64,000 nucleotides of DNA from Promethearchaeota archaeon (GTDB lineage: Archaea > Asgardarchaeota > Lokiarchaeia > Sigyniarchaeales > SOKP01), in the NCBI GenBank assembly GCA_004375715.1, contig SOKP01000182.1:3813-67812 (forward strand), in the 5' to 3' direction. Shown here piece by piece: positions 1 to 8,358 of the stretch. The first letter of the stretch is position 1. Each line of letters begins with the position of its first letter. Below the pieces are notes generated by a model. That model was not told where the DNA came from and ran no database searches. It was given only the letters and a program-made list of their open reading frames with translations. The translations under genes and the position numbers were made by a program.

Positions 1-18
1 AATTGAAGGTGTATTCAG

Positions 19-1581
19 TTGTTAGTTAATAGAAAACGGCTATTCGATGAGATTCTCAACAATTTTCTGGAAAGATTTACTGATGTTGAAGCAATTATAG
101 TTTCAGATCATGAAGGTTTCGTGATCGCTGGAGAAAAAAAAAAAAACACTGAAAGTGATTTAGAACTTGTATCAGTATTAACAACTCTGATAAATCCCGT
201 TTTAGAAAGGATAAGAAATGAATTTGCTTTCAAGAAATTTGGAACTGCTTCGTTCGATACGGATGAGCATCGGTTATTGTTTATTACAATTGACGAAGAA
301 AGAATTTTAAGCTTAGTTTTTAATAGTATGGCATCAGTTGAAAAAGTTGGGCCTTATACATACTTCCTTGCAGAGAAAGTTGCACAACTTCTTAATTTAC
401 AAGAGGGCGATACAATTCAATTAGCGATCCCCGATTTTGATTCTGAAACAGAAAGGCACGAAAAGCTTAAAGAATCTATATGTCAATCATCATTGGATGA
501 ATGTGCAAATTATAACTTTAAATTTGTTATCATTGGAAACCATGAAGTAGGGAAAACATCATTAATTCGACAATTTGTAGAACGCAAGTTTTCTCAAGAT
601 TATAGGGCGACCATAGGATTAAATATTTTTGCTCATAATTTTGACTTTCAGGGAAACGAGATTAATGTCCAACTCTGGGATATAGGAGCGCAGCAATATT
701 TCAAAAGATTTCGCAAGATTTACTACAAAGGAGCGGAAGCCGCCTTCATTGTGTACGATCTTACAAACAGAGAATCGTTTGAGAAAATCAAAGATTGGTA
801 TGAAGAAATAAATCAGCTCATTGATGAAATAAATATCCCCATAGTTATCGTGGGAAATAAAGTTGATTTATCCGAGCAAAGAGTAATATCCACAGCTGAA
901 GGAGAGGAATTCGCGAAATCTCTATCAGAAACGGGTATATCTTACATAGAAACCAGTGCTCTTTCGGGAGAAAATGTGATCAACGCTTTTGAATTAATTG
1001 CTTATCACTACATCATTAAAACCAAGAAAAAAGAAAAAGATGTAATTCGAGAAGATTTAGTAGAAGCCATTCTTTCAACCTTAAAAGAACTAGTTATCTT
1101 AGAATTAACATTCATCTCTGAAAACATGAGTTGGGATCCGGGCTTCCAAACAATATTGAACTTAGAAAGCCTTGGTGAATATTCAAAGTTAAAGGATAGC
1201 ATTAAAGAAAAATTATATCCTTATAAGAACGGTCTAATTTTAAGTAGCTTTGCCTACGACGATTTTAATCTATCTAATTCGGATGGTGTATTCTGCATAT
1301 TCGATGCTCGCGATAGGGAACACATTGATTCTAAATGGAAAGATATACTTATCAGCATAATTAGAAAAGTGAGAAAGAAACGCGCTGTAATTGTAGGTAT
1401 TCGAGTATCTGACGACAAAAACTGGTCTCAGTTAATGGAAGAATTTTTAATCGATGAGGATTTAGAAGAGAAGGTTGTGTCGGTTCTATTCCTAAAAATT
1501 GGTCCAGATTATAGAGAAAAAATATACGAACACCTGAAACTTATGCTGGATGTTATTGTTACCACGAGAAAATTAAAATAA
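19..1581 (+). CDS. Multidomain small GTPase: N-terminal Roadblock/LC7 (MglB-like) domain, Rab/Ras-like GTPase domain, ~180-aa C-terminal extension
   Basis: aa 1-125 show a roadblock-like alpha-beta-beta-alpha-beta-beta-beta pattern (VEAIIVSDHEGFVIAGE ... RLLFITIDEERILSLVF). GTPase motifs: G1 GNHEVGKT, G3 WDIGAQ (variant), G4 GNKVD, G5 ETSAL. In-frame stop at 4-6 and GAAGGTG at 5-11 upstream of the TTG start. Confidence 0.8.
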   Translation: MLVNRKRLFDEILNNFLERFTDVEAIIVSDHEGFVIAGEKKKNTESDLELVSVLTTLINPVLERIRNEFAFKKFGTASFDTDEHRLLFITIDEERILSLVFNSMASVEKVGPYTYFLAEKVAQLLNLQEGDTIQLAIPDFDSETERHEKLKESICQSSLDECANYNFKFVIIGNHEVGKTSLIRQFVERKFSQDYRATIGLNIFAHNFDFQGNEINVQLWDIGAQQYFKRFRKIYYKGAEAAFIVYDLTNRESFEKIKDWYEEINQLIDEINIPIVIVGNKVDLSEQRVISTAEGEEFAKSLSETGISYIETSALSGENVINAFELIAYHYIIKTKKKEKDVIREDLVEAILSTLKELVILELTFISENMSWDPGFQTILNLESLGEYSKLKDSIKEKLYPYKNGLILSSFAYDDFNLSNSDGVFCIFDARDREHIDSKWKDILISIIRKVRKKRAVIVGIRVSDDKNWSQLMEEFLIDEDLEEKVVSVLFLKIGPDYREKIYEHLKLMLDVIVTTRKLK

Positions 1582-1588
1582 TCGACAT

Positions 1589-2653
1589 TTACGCTTTTAG
1601 CTTATTCTCAAGTTTACTAGAAATTAGATCACCCATTTCTATGGTTGTAAGAGTTTTTAAGCTATCGCTTTTAATATCAGCAGTCCTTCCCTCTAATAGA
1701 GCCTCTTCAACTGCGACATCAATTTCATTTCCTATTTCAGACGAGTTAAACGATTCTTCGAACATTAATTTTACGCTTAAAATCGTGCCTATAGGATTAG
1801 CAATTCCTTTTCCTGCAATATCGGGGGCCGAGCCGTGAATTGGTTCGTACATTGACACTTTTCCGGGATGAATATTTCCACTTGAGCCCATTCCTAAACT
1901 TCCTATAAGGAAAGCGCCTTCGTCGCTAATAATATCACCAAACATATTACCTGTGACTACCGTTTGAAATCTATGAGGCGCTCTTATTAGCCACTGGGTA
2001 AATGCGTCTATGTATATATCTTCTGTTTCTATATTTGAATAGTCTCCACTCATTTCGTGAAAGATTTTTCTCCAAAGTTTACTTGTGTTCAAAACATTAG
2101 CCTTATCAACGGAGGTAACAATTGTATGATGATTTTTTTTTGCAAATTCAAACGCATATTTAATAATTCGCTCACAGCCGTATCTGGTGTAACGCATGAG
2201 GTTCTCTGCAGAGTCTTCTCCCAATTTACCTACGTTCTTATAGAGCCCTTCGGTATTTTCCCTCACAAAAGTTATGTCAATACCCTTTCCTATAAATTCG
2301 CTTTTTAAAGGACATTTCTCGCGAAGTACATTATATAATTTAACTGGTCTCAAATTAATATATAAATCTAAACCTTGCCGAATTTTCATAATAGCACTTT
2401 CTGCTACACCAGGGGGCAAATCAGGCAAACCAACAGCGCCAAACAATAGTGCATCAGATTTTTTAATTGTATCAAACGATTTCTCAGGAAGGTTGGTACC
2501 AAATACTTTCCAAACTTCGCCTCCTGCTGGAGCGTCATTAAATTCAAAATCATAGTCTGTGAACTCTGAAACGATCTTGAGAATTTTAATTCCTTCGTTC
2601 ACAACTTCAGGACCGCAACCATCGCCACGAGTGATTGCTATTATTTTCTTCAT
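1589..2653 (-). CDS. Isopropylmalate/tartrate/isocitrate dehydrogenase family (beta-decarboxylating dehydrogenase)
   Basis: ITRGDGCGPEV N-terminus, FGAVGLPD...LRPV, GNMFGDIISDEGAFLIGSLGMGSSGN, IHGSAPDIAGKGIANP. No leuCD neighbours, so substrate is not assigned. Confidence 0.85.
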   Translation of the reverse strand: MKKIIAITRGDGCGPEVVNEGIKILKIVSEFTDYDFEFNDAPAGGEVWKVFGTNLPEKSFDTIKKSDALLFGAVGLPDLPPGVAESAIMKIRQGLDLYINLRPVKLYNVLREKCPLKSEFIGKGIDITFVRENTEGLYKNVGKLGEDSAENLMRYTRYGCERIIKYAFEFAKKNHHTIVTSVDKANVLNTSKLWRKIFHEMSGDYSNIETEDIYIDAFTQWLIRAPHRFQTVVTGNMFGDIISDEGAFLIGSLGMGSSGNIHPGKVSMYEPIHGSAPDIAGKGIANPIGTILSVKLMFEESFNSSEIGNEIDVAVEEALLEGRTADIKSDSLKTLTTIEMGDLISSKLENKLKA

Positions 2654-2760
2654 ACTAATTACCTATTACATTTTTAGAAATTTACTTACTATTTATAATA
2701 GAAGATTTAAATACTATTCTTAATTCTTTTTGTGTAAACTTACATTCGTGGTTAGTAAAA

Positions 2761-3036
2761 ATGTCACAAGCTGATAGTTATTTTAATGTATTTTTTACAA
2801 TTACTATTTTTATCATCTTTACTGGAGTATTATTAATAACTCTAATTGCTCCAATGAATGTCTTACCAGGAAGCTTTGTATTTCCTAAATATGTCCAAGT
2901 TTGTGAGCTAAGTTGTTATTGGGTTGAAATTCCCTTTAACAGCCTCTGGGGTGGACTTATTAACGGTGCAGTTTATGGTGTATTAGGCGCGATGGGCTAT
3001 TTAGGTATTCGTTGGATTGGAAGAAAGATAAAGTAA
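2761..3036 (+). CDS. Small hypothetical membrane protein (two predicted TM segments)
   Basis: ORF with two hydrophobic stretches (FFTITIFIIFTGVLLITLIAP; GGLINGAVYGVLGAMGYLGI). No recognisable family. Confidence 0.35.
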   Translation: MSQADSYFNVFFTITIFIIFTGVLLITLIAPMNVLPGSFVFPKYVQVCELSCYWVEIPFNSLWGGLINGAVYGVLGAMGYLGIRWIGRKIK

Positions 3037-3623
3037 TGAACAAATTAAACGTTGATTAATTCTCTTTTTTTTTGGTAAGAAATTAGACTACTATTTCTAA
3101 TAAAATTAGGGAAGAAAAAAAAGTAATTTAATTAATGATTGGTTATGCAAATGGAAAGAATAAAACTTCGATCTTTTTATACAATCAAATTCAGGCTTAA
3201 AATAGAAATAATTGGGAACGAGAGAAATAGAAATAATCATTAGATGCGGAAAGATTTAAATATTGATATTTGAAATATGTTTTTCAATAAATAAAGCTTT
3301 ATTCTATTATCAGATTTTTCTTATTCGGAGAAAGATAATATGAATAACAACATTTTAAAAAGTTGGTATAAGAATTTATCAAACTAAATTAATCCTAGTA
3401 CACATTTCCAAATCAAAAAAAATCTCTGATCTAAAAGCTCAGCAGTATGCTTATCGCCTTTCTTCTCTCACATCGCAATTTTGTCGATCGGACGAAATTA
3501 TTAACCGAAACATATCCTATCGAAAAATTTCAGCAACTTTTAAATATTTGAATAAAGATATATAATATAATAAAGTTCAAAGTAAAACATAGGAACTTTA
3601 TAAAAAATATTACTAAATTAAAA

Positions 3624-3630
3624 GTGGAGG
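3624..3630 (+). promoter_or_regulatory. Shine-Dalgarno-like site for the histone gene
   Basis: GTGGAGG, with the GGAGG core ending 9 nt before the ATG at 3640. Confidence 0.5.
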
Positions 3631-3639
3631 AATGAAACA

Positions 3640-3852
3640 ATGGCTAAAAAAGTATTTGCCTGGTCCCCAGTTAGAAAGTTAATGAAAGATAACGGCGCTG
3701 AAATGGTAGCTCGTGAAGCAGTCGATGCATTAATCGATTATCTTGAAAAAGCTGCCCGAGGAGTAACAAATAAAGCTCTTGAAATGACTCGACACGCCCA
3801 AAGGAAGAAGCTGACTGCAGGAGACATGGACTTGGCAATGAAATTGATGTAA
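3640..3852 (+). CDS. Archaeal histone (HMfB-like histone fold, no tail)
   Basis: 70 aa. VRKLMKDNGAEMVAREAVDALIDYLEKAARGVTNKALEMTRHAQRKKLTAGDMDLA aligns by eye to the HMfA/B histone fold (ARHAGRKT-I-DI-LA signature). Confidence 0.9.
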   Translation: MAKKVFAWSPVRKLMKDNGAEMVAREAVDALIDYLEKAARGVTNKALEMTRHAQRKKLTAGDMDLAMKLM

Positions 3853-4186
3853 TTATTTTTATAGTTTCTCAAAATTTTTTTTATTTTTTTTTCACTTTTT
3901 ATTTGCTGTAATTCCCATTTTAGGTATAATTATACTCTTTCTTATTGTTAGTTTTGGATACACTCGGGGTCTAATTTATATAAATGGAATTAATAAGCAA
4001 ATTGAATCTGAAAATAGGGCTACTGTTCTTAGCACGATTAACATGTTTGGAAGCATATCAATGGCGATTTTGTATCCATTTATTGGACTTATTGTCGAAT
4101 GGAACCTTTTAGTTATGTTTATAATAATTGGAATTGTGATTTTAATGCCTGCAGCGTTTAGTAGAGTAAAAAGTGAATATCTTTAG
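3848..4186 (+). pseudogene. Start-less C-terminal remnant of an MFS-type transporter
   Basis: Open frame of 112 codons from just after the histone gene to the TAG at 4184-4186, with no plausible start. Encodes FAVIPILGIIILFLIVSFGY...ESENRATVLSTINMFGSISMAILYPFIGLIVEWNLLVMFIIIGIVILMPAAF. This has the same layout as TM10-12 of the MFS protein at 59176-60450. Confidence 0.4.
3875..3892 (+). terminator. Oligo-T tract (T8-A-T9), candidate archaeal intrinsic terminator after the histone gene
   Basis: T8 at 3875-3882 and T9 at 3884-3892, 23 nt after the stop codon. Archaeal RNAP terminates at oligo-T. Confidence 0.4.
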
Positions 4187-4367
4187 TTATTTATGTATTT
4201 TGTACTAATAGTAATCTCAGTGAGCAAGATATCGAAATATAGATTTAAATTGAAGATCAACTCAATTTAAAGCCTCTAATTGATAAATAGAAAAATTTTA
4301 ATGCCATTTTTCGTTAATTTCTTATAACCAGATTGAACGAAAGTTAACAAATAGTAGGTTATCAAAA

Positions 4368-4961
4368 ATGACTGATGTCAAAGAAAATAAGGAAGATGAG
4401 ATGGAAGTTTTTCCTTTCATTGAGGGAGAAACTATTGATTTAGTTGCGGGCAATTCTAAATGGGTACCATTAGTATGCAAGTGGCAAAACGATCCAAGAG
4501 TACGAAAGTATGCAAGAAACATGTGGCCAAGGAGTTTGGATGATGTAAAAAAAAGGTTTGAGACTGTTCCAGATGGACATGGACATATAAGAGATCACGT
4601 AGGATTTATCATTTATCACAAACGTGATAAGCGTCCAATAGGAGAAATCGGATTAAACCGCATTGATTGGGTAAATCGTCATGCTAATATCTTCGCACAG
4701 ATTGGTGAAACAGAATATTGGGGGAAGGGCATAGTAGGTGAAGCTGCTCAATTAGTGCTCAAGTACGCATTTACAGAGTTAAACTTACACAAAGTAAAAG
4801 CTGGGGTATTTACACCAAATGAAAGATCTCTCCGTGCAGCTGAGAAGCTGGGATTAAACAAAGAAGCGGTAGTAAAAGAAGCGATTTATGTTGGCGGAAA
4901 ATACCACGATATACATAAATGGGGCTTAACAAAAAAAGAATGGTTAGAAGGACGAAAATAA
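4368..4961 (+). CDS. GNAT N-acetyltransferase, RimJ/RimL-like (Acetyltransf_3)
   Basis: IGEIGLNRIDWVNRHANIFAQIGETEYWGKGIVGEAAQLVLKYAFTELNLHKVKAGVFTPNERSLRAAEKLG is the typical RimJ/L acetyl-CoA-binding core. Confidence 0.85.
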   Translation: MTDVKENKEDEMEVFPFIEGETIDLVAGNSKWVPLVCKWQNDPRVRKYARNMWPRSLDDVKKRFETVPDGHGHIRDHVGFIIYHKRDKRPIGEIGLNRIDWVNRHANIFAQIGETEYWGKGIVGEAAQLVLKYAFTELNLHKVKAGVFTPNERSLRAAEKLGLNKEAVVKEAIYVGGKYHDIHKWGLTKKEWLEGRK

Positions 4962-4997
4962 AATTAAGTTGAAGGATATTATATGGATTGATTAAAA

Positions 4998-5609
4998 ATG
5001 GCAGAAGAACAAAAAAGTAAAGAAGATAAGGAAGAAAAAAATGATGTATTTCCTTTTATAGAAGGAAAGACCATCGATTTAGTTGCGGGAAATTCTAAAT
5101 GGGCAAATTTGTATTGTAGTTGGATTAATAATCCAAAAGTTCGCCGTTATTCTCGAAATATGTGGCCACAGACTCTTGAAGATGTAAAAAAAAGATTCGA
5201 ACCTTCACCGGACAGACGTATTCGGGATAAAGCAAATTTTATGATTTATCATAAGCAAGAAAAACGACCAATTGGTATTGTAGGGTTAGATGAAATCAAT
5301 TGGGTTAGTAGAAATGCTAATCTTTTTGCTCTAATCGGGGAGCCCGAACATTGGGGAAAGGGTATAGCTGTTGAAGCTTGTGCGCTAGTGATTCAGTACG
5401 GTTTTACCGAATTAAATTTGAACAAAATCGAGGCAGGAATATTTAGTCCAAATAAAAGATCCCTTCGCGCTGCTGAGAAATTGGGATTTAAAAAAGAAGC
5501 AATTATAAAAGAAGAAATTTTCGTTGATGGAAAATATCACGATAATCATCGATTTTCGCTTTTTAATAGAGATTGGTTACAACTAGAGAACGAAAAACAG
5601 TCTAAATAA
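4998..5609 (+). CDS. GNAT N-acetyltransferase, tandem paralogue of 4368-4961
   Basis: Full-length alignable to the upstream gene (about two-thirds identical by eye), with the same motifs (WGKGIAVEA..., NKRSLRAAEKLG). Confidence 0.85.
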   Translation: MAEEQKSKEDKEEKNDVFPFIEGKTIDLVAGNSKWANLYCSWINNPKVRRYSRNMWPQTLEDVKKRFEPSPDRRIRDKANFMIYHKQEKRPIGIVGLDEINWVSRNANLFALIGEPEHWGKGIAVEACALVIQYGFTELNLNKIEAGIFSPNKRSLRAAEKLGFKKEAIIKEEIFVDGKYHDNHRFSLFNRDWLQLENEKQSK

Positions 5610-5641
5610 AGAAAAAAAAAAAATAAATTTTTAAATTTATA

Positions 5642-5902
5642 TTAACCTCCCGCCAAAGGGGGGAAAATTGCTACAATATCACCATCTTTAATTTGTGTAT
5701 CTCTCTTTTTGTGTGGGGAACCATTAATTAGAATTATCAATTTAGTTTCTTTTGAAATTGCAAACATATCTAATACTGTACTTACGGTACTTCCTGTTAG
5801 CAATGTCACAATTTTCTTCGGTGGAGCAAAGTCTCGTAAATTAGCGAAAAATTTGATAGTTGCTGTGATGTTCTTTTTATTATTCATCTTCATTTCGTTC
5901 AA
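5642..5902 (-). CDS. MoaD/ThiS-family beta-grasp (ubiquitin-like) protein with C-terminal Gly-Gly
   Basis: 86 aa ending ...IKDGDIVAIFPPLAGG*, the canonical MoaD/ThiS/SAMP C-terminus. The start may be an internal Met (MKMNNKK). Confidence 0.75.
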   Translation of the reverse strand: MNEMKMNNKKNITATIKFFANLRDFAPPKKIVTLLTGSTVSTVLDMFAISKETKLIILINGSPHKKRDTQIKDGDIVAIFPPLAGG

Positions 5903-6167
5903 AATACCATTTGTATAATAGAGACATATTCTTAGGAAACAGTCCGACTCTATCGCCGTCCTTTACTTTTTTATTATATCCCGAATATGTCCCATTCACA
6001 AATAGGTGGTAGGTTTCCTCTTTTTCAATTGAAAATTTATTTAATATGTCAGCGATAGTATCGATTCCATTACTTTCAATTTGCAAATTTAATGGTAAAG
6101 CGTCTGAAATGTTGTAGCCTTCAATTTTTTTCCGTAAATCTCCAAAAATTTTCACTAAGATAGTCAT
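5880..6167 (-). CDS. MoaD/ThiS-like beta-grasp protein lacking the terminal Gly-Gly (C-terminal extension)
   Basis: MTILVKIFGDL...VNGTYSGYNKKVKDGDRVGLFP then KNMSLLYKWYFERNEDE instead of PxxGG. Overlaps the next beta-grasp gene by up to 23 nt. Confidence 0.55.
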   Translation of the reverse strand: MTILVKIFGDLRKKIEGYNISDALPLNLQIESNGIDTIADILNKFSIEKEETYHLFVNGTYSGYNKKVKDGDRVGLFPKNMSLLYKWYFERNEDE

Positions 6168-6176
6168 TTTTAAAAG

Positions 6177-7913
6177 TTATGTACCCCAAACTTTGTCCAA
6201 TTCCTCGTCTGACACATTAAATACTTCATTGTGTGGTGGTAATGGCTCCTTTAAGAAAAACTCTGGCAATCTATCATCTTTTTCCGTAAAACCCGCTGCC
6301 TTATTAAATGCTCTTTCAGTGTCTATAATCTGTTGTCCGTAACCTGCAACATCATTGACGGTAAGGCTTGCCCCTAATACACCATTAAGCGTATCAACAA
6401 CGCCTTCTAATCCTTCAGGAATATCTAATATAGCAAAAGCTATGAAAAGACAATATCCCGCAGCATCAATGGCTGCAGTTGCGAGTTGTAAATTGCGTGA
6501 TAAATCGGATTTATTTGTATCTTTAGGATCTGCTGTTCCACCGACCCCCATGATTTCAGTAGCGATGGCATATCCTGCTGTGTGATCTGCACCTTGAGGA
6601 GTTGTAGCGTAAGTTACACCGATTCCTTTTATTGCTCGAGGATCGTATGCAGGTAAGCCTTGACCTTTTACAACGGGGACTCTGGTCACACCAAATGCTT
6701 GTGCCGTAAAAGCTGTACCGTTAGCCAAAATTCTCCCAGTTGGAGTTTTATTCTTAATTTCATTTAACATCTTTAAAGCACCTTTTCCGTCTCCAAATTC
6801 AAGTAAGCCACCCTCCATTGCTACCCCAAGTAAATCTCCTGCTTCTATTGTGTCTAAACCTAAATCGTTGCACGTTCTATTTAATTCTCCAATAACATCT
6901 AAATCGTAAATACTGCAATTTGGACCTAAAGCCCATACGCTTTCGAACTCTAAAACGCCAACAGGATCTTTTCCGCCTGGTTTTGTCCACACTTCAGAAC
7001 ATTGGATAACACATCCTGGACTACAGAAATGAGGTCGAACACCCCCTCGCTTCTTTATTTCCTCAGCCTTTACCTCTCCAGATACTTTTTCAGATCGATC
7101 ATCTTGACCAGATGAAAAATTACGCTGTGGTAAACCCCCTGCTTCGTTTATAATGTTGACTAATACGCATGTACCATATGAATTAAGCGCTCCACCTGGT
7201 TTTGTTACGTCGTGGCTGGTTAAAGCGTTCGTTAATTTTTTGACGCCCATATTAAAAGCTTCTTCGTTTAGGATTTCTACTCCTGGCGCTCCAGTTTCAT
7301 CTACTACAATGAATTTCAACCCTTTTGAGGCCATAACAGCACCAAGTCCACCTCGTCCTGCGTATCTACTTGGTAGTCCTTCAGGATCGTTAAAACAGAT
7401 TCCAGAAGCAGCTCCCCTTATTTCAGCTGCAATACCAACACCGCTAATACTTACCTTATCACCAAATTCCTTATATAATTCCTTATAAACGTCATAGAGT
7501 CCTTTATTTGACCACTTATTTGCTTTTATAAATTCAGTGCCATCATTTGTAACTTTCAGGAGATAATAATCATCCTCTTCATGCTTACCTTCGACTACAA
7601 TCGCGGCGATTCTCATTCTTCCTAATTTTTGAGCAAAAGTTGTGCCTGCATTTGCCTCTTTAATCCCTCCTGTTAATGGAGATTTTCCACCAACAGATAT
7701 TCGCCCAGATGTTGGAGCTTTTGTTCCTGTAACCAATCCGGGGGCAAATACGAGCTTATTACTCGCTCCCAATGGGTGACAAAGTGGATCGACTTCTTTC
7801 GCTACAATTGTGGAGGTAAGAGCTCGTCCACCTAAAGCTGCAAAGTCTGCGGGAAAATTCTCAAAATTAGCTTCAAGCTTTGTCATATCTACTCTTAAAA
7901 TTCTTTTTGCCAT
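6177..7913 (-). CDS. aor: Tungsten-containing aldehyde:ferredoxin oxidoreductase (AOR family)
   Basis: RILRVDMT...GGRALTS N-terminus, GKSPLTGG, Cys-rich FCSPGCVIQC, CNDLGLDTIEAG, GADHTAGY. Length is typical of AOR-family enzymes. Confidence 0.9.
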   Translation of the reverse strand: MAKRILRVDMTKLEANFENFPADFAALGGRALTSTIVAKEVDPLCHPLGASNKLVFAPGLVTGTKAPTSGRISVGGKSPLTGGIKEANAGTTFAQKLGRMRIAAIVVEGKHEEDDYYLLKVTNDGTEFIKANKWSNKGLYDVYKELYKEFGDKVSISGVGIAAEIRGAASGICFNDPEGLPSRYAGRGGLGAVMASKGLKFIVVDETGAPGVEILNEEAFNMGVKKLTNALTSHDVTKPGGALNSYGTCVLVNIINEAGGLPQRNFSSGQDDRSEKVSGEVKAEEIKKRGGVRPHFCSPGCVIQCSEVWTKPGGKDPVGVLEFESVWALGPNCSIYDLDVIGELNRTCNDLGLDTIEAGDLLGVAMEGGLLEFGDGKGALKMLNEIKNKTPTGRILANGTAFTAQAFGVTRVPVVKGQGLPAYDPRAIKGIGVTYATTPQGADHTAGYAIATEIMGVGGTADPKDTNKSDLSRNLQLATAAIDAAGYCLFIAFAILDIPEGLEGVVDTLNGVLGASLTVNDVAGYGQQIIDTERAFNKAAGFTEKDDRLPEFFLKEPLPPHNEVFNVSDEELDKVWGT

Positions 7914-8056
7914 GATATTTCACCTCTATTTTTAGGCATTTAATATATGTGATAGATGGCTATTTAAATCTACATTATGTCTGGTCGTACTAGACGAAAG
8001 ACAAACCATACGAAATCCTTATTTATTTGGTTAGAAAATGCGGAGATATAAAAAAG

Positions 8057-8179
8057 CAGGCCCGAGGGGATGTGTTCAAGAAACGCGAATTACGTATCTC
8101 ATTGAACCCCCGACCTTCTGCTTTCTCCATACAATTTATGTAGGAGGCAGCCGCGATATCCATGCTTCGCCACGGGCCT
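8057..8179 (-). tRNA. tRNA-Arg (anticodon CCU) with two introns (37/38 and 58/59)
   Basis: The minus strand folds as a cloverleaf. Acceptor AGGCCCG/CGGGCCT, U8, D-stem GCGA/TCGC with GG in the loop. Anticodon stem GCTGC/GCAGA (one G-A mismatch), loop CT-CCT-A(A), variable AGGTC. T-stem GGGGG/CCCCT and T-loop TTCAAAT after excising the inserts. The 18-nt insert (8123-8140) and 30-nt insert (8072-8101) each draw as 3-nt bulge/4-bp helix/3-nt bulge. A T6 run follows the 3' end. Confidence 0.75.
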
Positions 8180-8358
8180 ATTTTTAAAATAATGAGTGTT
8201 ATGATCTAAAAATAACTATAAAATAAAAAAGTAGAGATAATAGTGTGATCTTTTTAACCGTAAAAGGATAGATAAATCAAAAGGTTTTAATTTTTAAGGT
8301 TAATTTTACATATTATAATAGATTATTTTGAAATATTTTTTTCTTAGAGCTAATTAAC

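Noticed and set aside
1008-2555. Short ORFs 1008-1202(-), 1641-1838(+), 2057-2308(+) and 2274-2555(+) in the six-frame track
   Set aside because: They lie entirely antisense to, or out of frame within, well-supported genes (the GTPase fusion and the dehydrogenase). They have low-complexity Ser/Phe/Ile-rich translations and no motifs, which is typical of shadow ORFs in AT-rich DNA.
6355-7488. ORFs 6355-6585(+) and 7153-7488(+) antisense to AOR
   Set aside because: These are shadow ORFs inside a strongly supported 578-aa AOR gene. Their Pro/Ser/Ala-rich translations are characteristic of the reverse frame of a Gly/Ala-rich protein.
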